Origin: a plasmid
Strand: one strand, 5' to 3'
Sequence record: NZ_CP072215.1
Length of the DNA: 64,000 nucleotides
Made by a program: the position numbers and the translations under genes. The first letter of the stretch is position 1; the number at the start of each line of letters is the position of its first letter. The notes under the pieces are model-generated. The model saw only the letters and a list, made by a program, of their open reading frames with translations. It was not told the origin of the DNA and did no database searches. Shown in pieces: positions 57,296-64,000 of the stretch.

Positions 57296-59894
57296 ACTTT
57301 TTCCTCCTTTCCTCCAGATAGCGGTTGATGGCCGTATAGGTCGAGCCGCTTTCGTTGAACAACTGCTTCAGTCGTACTACTGTCGCCTGGCGCGAATCGA
57401 AGGCTACGGCGGCGAAGTCGGACACCTCGTTGCGGAAGATGAAGGCATCGTTCGACATCTTGATGAAAAACTCTCTCCAGCGTTCCGTGCGCTGCAACGA
57501 CTCGATCATATAGGCCTCTTCGTCCGTGATGGAAAGCACGGCTTTCACTTCCGGCAGGTTCTGCCGGTGTTCTGAATGGTCGAGGATAATCTTGGTCGCG
57601 CAGTTGATGATGATGGAGTCCTTGATACTGGACGGCATGTTTTTCAAAAACAGGATGTTCTGTGCGGCCAGCGTGATGCTTCCCTCCTTTTTACGGAAGG
57701 TTCGGTACAGGTAGGCGATGAAGTCTCCGAATTTCTCGTCTTGCAGGAAGTCGAGTGCTTCGTCGATGATTAGCTCTTTGGCAAACCCCTGGCGTTTCTT
57801 GATTTTATCCACGATCATTTGCAGGGTGATGATGGCAACGAGTGGAAAGTACTCTTTCTTAGAGGCATCTTCCATATCGAAGGCTATCAGCCGGTCATGC
57901 ACGATATCCACGTTCTCGGTAGCGTTCAGCAGGAATGACAGCTCTCCGTCCGTATAGGGTTCCAGTAAAAGCAACAGCTCCTCTATCTCGAATTTCTGTT
58001 TCTCAAACTCGGTCATCCGTTTGCTGAACACTTCCTTCAGATAAGCCCGGTAAGTTATCAGCGTCGGGAAGATACGCTCATGCTTCTCTCCTATTGAAGA
58101 ATTGTTCACATAGTCGTAAAATCCGATGACGGATTTCCTGAGAATGGCGTTTTCGGCAGGCAGCATGGGTTCACGTACCTTCCAAATGTAGCTGATAATG
58201 GCGACGATGGTCTTTATCTGGTCATCGGCAGACTCGGCATCCGTGGTGTCGATGTACAGGTATTTGCCGTTCTTGTCACGGTCACACAAGAAGGGGTTGA
58301 ACGCAAATTTCTTCTGCTCGGTAGAGTCGAAGTATTTGCCCCGGTTCAAGGCTATCATCGAGCGGTAAGAGCCGCCGATGTCAATGATCATCACATCCCG
58401 GCCCAGCTCATAGCTTTGCAGGATGTAATTGTTCAGCCAGAAAGATTTACCGGAACCGGACGGGCCGATAACGATGCGGTTCTTGTTGTTCAGCGCCGGA
58501 TAATCCCAGAGGTTTATCTTGGCGGGAGTACCGAAACGGTCATGGTAGATATGCCCTTTCTCGTCCGAAAGGTACATCCCCTCTTTTTGCAGATAGCAGA
58601 TGGCCTGCTTGGTCGTGTTGACGAAGCCCCGGTAATTGGCCCTGGCATTGCCGGGTATGTTGCAGAAGAACAGGTTGCACAGCTCGGCGTTCTCCACATA
58701 GCACGAACTTTGGTTCATAAAGCTGAAGCCTTGCTGTACCAGTGCGGTTTTCCGCATGAGCGAGGTGCGGTCTGTATCGTTCAGCACGACATTGAAGGCG
58801 GTATAGGCGGTCTGGTAGTCGAACTGGGTAATCTCATCGCAGAAGGCTGCCTGCTCGCGTTGCTTCTCTGCCGCCGGAGGGTAGAAGTTGGTGATGTAGT
58901 TCAGCGCGTCTTTCTCCGCACCGATGGCCGTTACGGTGGCATCTGGATCGGTTATCTCTATCACGATGTTTACGATGTGGTTGAACGGCAGGCCAAGTCC
59001 TACGGGGTACAGCATCGAGCATTTGCTCCGTATGCTGTCCGGTATCTCTATGTTTCCCCCGTATGCCTTCGACTTGCCGGTGTGCGGCACGGCCAGTTCC
59101 TGAAGATGCTCGCCTTCGTTGGTCAGCGAAAGGATGGAAACGTGCTGCTGCCCTATTTTCATGCTTCCGCTTTCACTGACAGCCATAGGGTTGACGCTCT
59201 TCTGCGTGGCATCGTTTTCCGGTGTCTCGTAAGAGAGGTTGACGTAGTCGTAGATGGCGTTGTTCAGTTCCGTATCATCCATCTTGCGTATCTCAAACTG
59301 CTGGATGGACGACAAACCGTTCTCAAAGTTCATCAGAAAGGCTTCCATTTCTGTCAGCCGTTGCTGATATTCCTTATAAGGTTGCTTGAACGGGTAGTGC
59401 AGCTTTCGCATCAGCGAGGTGCCCGATGCGCTTTTGCGTATCTTACCGTTTCGGCTGCCGTTCGTGAACGTCACATACAGGTTGGTGTAACTGTTCAGTA
59501 TCTCCTTGCCGTTGAAATGACGGTTGTTCTCCGCTATCAGGGCATTGGAAGAGTATTCTGCATGATGGTATCGCCCCGTATAGTAGAAATTCTGCTGATG
59601 GATGACCGTGCCTGCCGGAAGCAGCTTCAAAAGAGCCTCCAACCGCTCATGGATGTATTGCGCCTCGCTTTCCGACAAGGTGAACACTTCGGGCAGAAGC
59701 AGCCGGTAGCCGACGGTGATGTCACCGTTCCCGTTGATGACGGCGTTCTCCGTGATGGTCTGGATAGGCAAGACACTTTCCAGATCCACGGATTTGTCCT
59801 TCACCTCTATCTCTGTCTGCCGGATATACAGCAGAGCAATCAGCAGGCACAGCGCACAGATTAGCAGGGATATGAGTATGATGATTCCTATCAT
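57288..59894 (-). CDS. traG: conjugative transposon ATPase TraG (VirB4 homolog)
   Basis: 868 aa. Walker A IVIGPSGSGKSFWL, Walker B MIIDIGGS. N-terminal TM. Confidence 0.9.
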   Translation of the reverse strand: MIGIIILISLLICALCLLIALLYIRQTEIEVKDKSVDLESVLPIQTITENAVINGNGDITVGYRLLLPEVFTLSESEAQYIHERLEALLKLLPAGTVIHQQNFYYTGRYHHAEYSSNALIAENNRHFNGKEILNSYTNLYVTFTNGSRNGKIRKSASGTSLMRKLHYPFKQPYKEYQQRLTEMEAFLMNFENGLSSIQQFEIRKMDDTELNNAIYDYVNLSYETPENDATQKSVNPMAVSESGSMKIGQQHVSILSLTNEGEHLQELAVPHTGKSKAYGGNIEIPDSIRSKCSMLYPVGLGLPFNHIVNIVIEITDPDATVTAIGAEKDALNYITNFYPPAAEKQREQAAFCDEITQFDYQTAYTAFNVVLNDTDRTSLMRKTALVQQGFSFMNQSSCYVENAELCNLFFCNIPGNARANYRGFVNTTKQAICYLQKEGMYLSDEKGHIYHDRFGTPAKINLWDYPALNNKNRIVIGPSGSGKSFWLNNYILQSYELGRDVMIIDIGGSYRSMIALNRGKYFDSTEQKKFAFNPFLCDRDKNGKYLYIDTTDAESADDQIKTIVAIISYIWKVREPMLPAENAILRKSVIGFYDYVNNSSIGEKHERIFPTLITYRAYLKEVFSKRMTEFEKQKFEIEELLLLLEPYTDGELSFLLNATENVDIVHDRLIAFDMEDASKKEYFPLVAIITLQMIVDKIKKRQGFAKELIIDEALDFLQDEKFGDFIAYLYRTFRKKEGSITLAAQNILFLKNMPSSIKDSIIINCATKIILDHSEHRQNLPEVKAVLSITDEEAYMIESLQRTERWREFFIKMSNDAFIFRNEVSDFAAVAFDSRQATVVRLKQLFNESGSTYTAINRYLEERRKKYG

Positions 59895-60202
59895 GGTTGC
59901 TGTTTTAGGATGAATTTGAAAATCTGCCGTTTGTCCGTTATCTGCCGGGGGGTGGCGTTCTTGATCCGGAGGCCGGTCAGGTAGTCCGGGTTACCGGCCT
60001 TGTGTTCCTTTTTCAAGGTTTGGAACAGCAGACCGGATAGAAACAGAATGGCGGAAATGATTCCGATGATGAGTATCGGGTGCAGCTGCTTGAATATGCT
60101 CACGATGATGATGATGGCCGTCAGCAGCATGAAGATGGCGAACTGTCCCGATGACAGACCGAAGAACTTGATCGGCTTGTTGATTTTACGCATGGTTCTC
60201 AT
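59891..60202 (-). CDS. traF: conjugative transposon protein TraF-like (small membrane protein)
   Basis: 103 aa, two TM helices. 4-nt overlap with traG. Confidence 0.5.
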   Translation of the reverse strand: MRTMRKINKPIKFFGLSSGQFAIFMLLTAIIIIVSIFKQLHPILIIGIISAILFLSGLLFQTLKKEHKAGNPDYLTGLRIKNATPRQITDKRQIFKFILKQQP

Positions 60203-60214
60203 GGCTCTTCGTTT

Positions 60215-60559
60215 TTAGATAATCAGGAAGGCTACCATGATGACTACCACGGCGATGATCCAGCCGAGCAGGTATTCCTTGGCATGGGGATTGTTCGTGG
60301 CAAGCGAATAGATGACAAAGACCAGAGCGATGCCGAGTACCGCCGCCAAAATGTATTTGGCTACGTCCAGAATGGTGTCCGCACCCTCTTTGGCTTTGTC
60401 TGTCACTTCGGATAGGCTGTTAATCTTCAGGCCGCTTTGTGCCTCCGCCACTTGTGCCGTTCCCAACAGCGTGAAGAATATGAGAAAGGTGAAGATAACC
60501 TTTCCATAGCGGTTAATGACTTGGTTCGCTTTTTCTCTTACATTTTCGATTGCTTTCAT
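60215..60559 (-). CDS. traE: conjugative transposon protein TraE-like (pilin-like, signal peptide + C-terminal TM)
   Basis: Signal peptide ending AQVAEAQ and C-terminal hydrophobic helices; 114 aa. Confidence 0.55.
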   Translation of the reverse strand: MKAIENVREKANQVINRYGKVIFTFLIFFTLLGTAQVAEAQSGLKINSLSEVTDKAKEGADTILDVAKYILAAVLGIALVFVIYSLATNNPHAKEYLLGWIIAVVVIMVAFLII

Positions 60560-60577
60560 TTTGTTCCTATTTTTTAA

Positions 60578-60946
60578 TTAAACATGAATCGTTTTCAGTC
60601 TCTCCCATTGCACATCCTTATACTTGATGGATATGGGCTCTTCTTTCGGCTGTTCCGGCAGTGGTTTGCCTGAGTAGTAGTAGGCTCTTCCATGCAGGTA
60701 CATATCGGCTATCTCGGCAGCCAATTCCTCTTCTTCCAGCTCAGGCTGAAATACCACGCAGATGACCGGACAGGCTCTCTCCTGCCCTTCCTTGCGCACC
60801 GCCTCCCTTATCGGCTTCTCTTTCTCCTTTCCGGAAGAAAGTGCTTTCTTCTTTTTCCGAAAGTAAAAGTGAAGCGTGACACAGGCGAGTATGGCAACCA
60901 GTATCAAATCCACTACGTTCATAAGAGTTGCCAGATAATGAGCCAA
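60578..60946 (-). CDS. hypothetical membrane-anchored protein
   Basis: 122 aa, N-terminal TM, acidic C-terminal region. Confidence 0.35.
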   Translation of the reverse strand: MAHYLATLMNVVDLILVAILACVTLHFYFRKKKKALSSGKEKEKPIREAVRKEGQERACPVICVVFQPELEEEELAAEIADMYLHGRAYYYSGKPLPEQPKEEPISIKYKDVQWERLKTIHV

Positions 60947-61131
60947 GTGACCAATGCCGTGATATAGGTGATGATGGCCTCTTTGGTGCGCTCGTGGTTG
61001 CTTATCAGCTTTTTAAGTACCGCTAGTCCGGCACATAGAAAGCCTACCCCTATCAGCATGGCGCCTATTTCACGGTATAAGGAGATCAGGCCGGATACAT
61101 TTGTATCGGCTAACAATATGATAATAAGCAT
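60919..61131 (-). CDS. small hydrophobic protein
   Basis: 70 aa; overlaps the previous ORF by 28 nt. Confidence 0.25.
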   Translation of the reverse strand: MLIIILLADTNVSGLISLYREIGAMLIGVGFLCAGLAVLKKLISNHERTKEAIITYITALVTWLIIWQLL

Positions 61132-61149
61132 GGTGATATGATTTGTCGG

Positions 61150-61728
61150 TTAGTAGAGCAGTATCTTTATTCCTACGTTCCAGACAGTGTTCCACTTGTC
61201 AATGGATAGGGGATTCCAATGTTGTTGTATGCGGGCAAGCAATGCCGTTCGGGGCAGGATGAATACTTCCAGTTCCGTTTCCAGTTTCGGGCCGATGATG
61301 AAGTTGTATTCCTTATCGGGGTGGCGGACGTATTCTGTACCGATGAATCCTCCCAGGCCGATGCCCCAGTAAACGGATTTCAGGTTGCAGGCCAGGGTTC
61401 TGTAATAACCGCCGTCCACAAAAAAGTCCTTACCCTTGTCATGTATCGTTTCGGGAATCGTTTCTTCCGGGTTCAAGGTAGAGACTTGCGGTAGGTTGGC
61501 TGTATATTCGTAAGGTTTCTCAAAATAGCTAAACCCGGCTTTCCAATAGCTTGTCCGGTTGATGTATCTGGAAAAGGACAGGTTGTAATAGTTGCCTGCA
61601 TTGCCGAACAGGTTAGTGCCGTAGTTCAATTCAAGTGCCGGGATGTTCTCATAATGGCGTTGCGCAAAAGCGCTTACGGTGCATAACAGCAGGCTAAGGC
61701 TGATAGCAGTCAGTCTGATGTGTTCCAT
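61150..61728 (-). CDS. secreted beta-barrel-like protein
   Basis: Signal peptide TVSAFAQ, alternating aromatic/G pattern, C-terminal KILLY; 192 aa. Confidence 0.4.
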   Translation of the reverse strand: MEHIRLTAISLSLLLCTVSAFAQRHYENIPALELNYGTNLFGNAGNYYNLSFSRYINRTSYWKAGFSYFEKPYEYTANLPQVSTLNPEETIPETIHDKGKDFFVDGGYYRTLACNLKSVYWGIGLGGFIGTEYVRHPDKEYNFIIGPKLETELEVFILPRTALLARIQQHWNPLSIDKWNTVWNVGIKILLY

Positions 61729-61997
61729 GGGAATTACTCTTTAGGTTATTAATGTTATATATTTTTCTATTTGTCTCATACGGTGTTTCCAATTTACGCG
61801 GATTCCTGTCGGCAGAACCGAATCAAGGTGCTTATCGCGTTGTTTTCGCTCCAAACATATAGATTATATACGGGAGGACAAATTTTATGAAGGGCTTTTA
61901 AAGGGCCTTTCGTGTTTATTTAATGTGCATTAAAAAATACATGTGCCGTAAACCGGCAGGTGTGGAATAATTCTACAGAAAAAAGCCGGATAGGATT

Positions 61998-62016
61998 AGT
62001 TGTGTAAAACTGTCCT
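61998..62016. repeat. isolated iteron-like copy AGTTGTGTAAAACTGTCC
   Basis: Matches the 21877..22209 iteron consensus. Lies within AAGCCGG...CCGGCTT inverted flanks just downstream of the Crp gene stop. Confidence 0.5.
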
Positions 62017-62037
62017 GCCCGGCTTATAGGGTTTGGT

Positions 62038-62631
62038 TTATATGCGCTTTCGGATGTTGCTCAATGCTTGTGGCGTGATGCCGATATAACTTGCTATGTC
62101 TTTTAAGGGTATTGAACGTAACAGCCATTTTTCATTGGCCAAAAGCGCTTTGTAACGCGCTTCGGCATCCAGTGTGTAAAACTCCTCTTCCCTTATTATT
62201 TTGCGGTTGATGGATCTTACCAAATGTATTCTGGCCAGCTTGTTGAAATTGATGGATAACTCATATAGCTGATGAAGATCTTTTTTGGGCAATCTCCAGA
62301 TCTTGCATGGCTCCAATGCCTTGATATTGTAGTGGGCATGGTGTTCTTCATGTGAAAGGAAAAAATTGATGAACTCTTTGGCTTGGATAAACCGTGCTGA
62401 AATCTCTCTATTCTCTTTGTCCGGAAACCATAACCGGACGATGCCGGATTCCAGATAATAGAGGTAGCATACTTCCTCGCCCCTGGTGACGAGGTGTTCT
62501 CCCTTTTTGATATGGATAAGCTCGAAATGAGCATCAAGATACGCCTTTTCTTCGTCTGTCATCCGCACGTGAAGATGGGCGCCCATTACCATGAGCGTCT
62601 CATCTATCAGGGTGGCAATTGTTTGAACCAT
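62038..62631 (-). CDS. Crp/Fnr-family transcriptional regulator
   Basis: ORF from 62727; likely start MVQTIATL. cNMP-binding-like beta-roll region and C-terminal HTH DIASYIGITPQALSNIRKRI. Confidence 0.8.
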   Translation of the reverse strand: MVQTIATLIDETLMVMGAHLHVRMTDEEKAYLDAHFELIHIKKGEHLVTRGEEVCYLYYLESGIVRLWFPDKENREISARFIQAKEFINFFLSHEEHHAHYNIKALEPCKIWRLPKKDLHQLYELSINFNKLARIHLVRSINRKIIREEEFYTLDAEARYKALLANEKWLLRSIPLKDIASYIGITPQALSNIRKRI

Positions 62632-62875
62632 TGAATTTGTTTTATGTTTATATAAGGGTACGGAAACGTACCCTCTAACATGGACGTGGCGTTCCAACAA
62701 CAAAGGCACGCCCCGTACCAGTTTCATACTGGTACAGGCATGCGCCTGTTGTTGTTAATTCCTTAACGATAGATGCCACTCTTTTGTTAGACAGACGGAC
62801 GTATGTAAAAAGCGGGCTGCCAATTTTCTGACAATCCGCTGCAAAGATACTATTTTATGGTTTTTGTTCCAACTT

Positions 62876-63979
62876 TTAGGGATTTAAGTTGACGGCAAGG
62901 TCTTCTGGACGAATGCCTACTACCTTTATATAGATATCCCGGTAGATGTTCTCCTTAATCTCCTTGTCCTCTTCAGAATAAAGCCATGCGGTAAATTCAT
63001 GATAATATTCGCCGGTTCCCAATTTAAAGAAATCCTTATATTGATAATGTCTGCTCACGGGAATGCCTTTCTTGTTTAACAAGAAGCATGATTTAAGCGC
63101 ATCGTGATATTGCGAGGTCAGTATCGCCTTTATCTTTTCGTCGAAATATTCCAATGTTTCCTGGTCAAAGAAAAACTGTACGGTGTAGGGCCACTTCTCC
63201 CCTTTTCCTTTGATGTACTGGTATTGGAATTTGGTTCTCTCCAGCTTTTTGTTGATACCGTTTAAGATGCTGGTCACCTTCTTCTTCCGGTCATGGTTGT
63301 CCTTTACCGTTACATCAAATTCCTTGGCAAGTTGGTCAACCGTAACGGTGAAATAAGGTGCTTGTCCTTGGTCAATCTTATACTTGATCAGGTAAATCAT
63401 TTTCGCCAGGTTCAGATAAAACTTGCGGTAGCCTTTGCGGTTGGGCAGGTTACGGTAGTCTTTCAGTTCCAGCAGATTGTATTCGGTAAGCAAAGTATTC
63501 ATCAGATCTTTGCTCAGATGCACGTTGTAATTCCGCTTGGTGCGCTTTTTCGTGCCGAAGTTATCCTTTATCTCAAAGCGGTCCAGTATTTGAATGAACT
63601 TATATTGCGTCTTGCCGTTCATGGCGTATGCTACACTGAGGTTGGATGTCCCTAAACGGTATAACGCCGCTTCAAAGGTGTTCTCTATCGGATGCTCTAT
63701 CTTTTGGCCGTTCTGTTCGGTGATATATACCGGACGTTGGTTGCTGAACAGGAAATCAAGCTGCTTCTCGGTCAGTTTTCGTTGCAACTTGGTTCGTTCA
63801 TACCCCATGACCTCACAAAAATCGTTGATGGAGAACCAGCAGTCGCCGAACAGATCTTTCATTTGTGAAGATGCCACGTAAATGATAATGTCAGACATGA
63901 CAGTGCCGCCTGCATCAAATAGAACTTCCAATACTTTCGTGTTGGAAGACTCGCTGAGAGTCCTGGGGACTCTGCTCAA
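62876..63979 (-). CDS. paralog of the 20678..21886 replication-initiator-like protein
   Basis: 367 aa. Conserved blocks SWFS..DFC..MGY.RT.LQRKL, YNLLEL.DYR.LP and VDQLAK shared with 20678..21886. Confidence 0.4.
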   Translation of the reverse strand: MSRVPRTLSESSNTKVLEVLFDAGGTVMSDIIIYVASSQMKDLFGDCWFSINDFCEVMGYERTKLQRKLTEKQLDFLFSNQRPVYITEQNGQKIEHPIENTFEAALYRLGTSNLSVAYAMNGKTQYKFIQILDRFEIKDNFGTKKRTKRNYNVHLSKDLMNTLLTEYNLLELKDYRNLPNRKGYRKFYLNLAKMIYLIKYKIDQGQAPYFTVTVDQLAKEFDVTVKDNHDRKKKVTSILNGINKKLERTKFQYQYIKGKGEKWPYTVQFFFDQETLEYFDEKIKAILTSQYHDALKSCFLLNKKGIPVSRHYQYKDFFKLGTGEYYHEFTAWLYSEEDKEIKENIYRDIYIKVVGIRPEDLAVNLNP

Positions 63980-64000
63980 CTCTTTTTGTGTATTACTTTC

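Overview
Mosaic accessory region that looks Bacteroidales-like. Indicators are TAnnTTTG-type promoter motifs, Mfa-like fimbrial genes, and CTnDOT-style Tra proteins, PcfK/PcfJ and ArdC. There are no rRNA or tRNA genes and no CRISPR arrays.

Left third (1-24 kb):
- hipBA toxin-antitoxin pair, then an AAA ATPase with a DUF4143-type C-terminal domain.
- A membrane LuxR-type regulator facing a putative Mfa-like fimbrial operon across a T17 homopolymer.
- ParA plus a small DNA-binding partner, then RhuM.
- A GC-rich serine resolvase island with res-like repeats, next to a histidine-kinase fragment.
- A radical-SAM / DUF5131 / MBL-hydrolase operon with a divergent AraC gene.
- Decayed aldo/keto-reductase and AraC genes.
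- A mobilization module (MobC-family accessory protein and relaxase) abutting an IS1380-family transposase pseudogene.
- A replication-initiator-like gene followed by a 7-copy iteron array and an AT-rich tract.

Middle (24-45 kb): an accessory island transcribed mostly from the plus strand.
- Contents: a Hin-type invertase, a frameshifted RhuM paralog, mazEF, HU, many small unknown ORFs, and a short MTase-like protein with a degenerate catalytic motif.
- An overlapping gene pair encoding a ComF-like phosphoribosyltransferase and a YpsA/SLOG (DUF1273) protein.
- An IS4-family insertion, a DUF3791/DUF3990 pair, a second hipBA, SSB genes (one decayed), and PcfK/PcfJ.
- The island is punctuated by three near-identical ~690-bp hairpin-rich non-coding elements (family A), each ending just upstream of a gene cassette.
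- A related family B element sits inside a ~1.3-kb segmental duplication.
- A conserved 13-bp-arm palindrome closes several cassettes.

Right third (45-62 kb): a minus-strand conjugation module.
- Toprim/DUF3991 protein, T4 coupling protein, SSB and ArdC.
- TraN, TraM, TraK, TraJ, TraI, the VirB4-like TraG ATPase, TraF and TraE.
- A Crp/Fnr regulator, a lone iteron-like copy, and a second replication-initiator-like paralog.

Most interesting:
1. The family-A structured elements and the cassette organisation.
2. The PRTase plus SLOG pair.
3. The Rep-iteron origin-like module.
4. The island's anti-defence / leading-region-like gene content, full of uncharacterised small ORFs.
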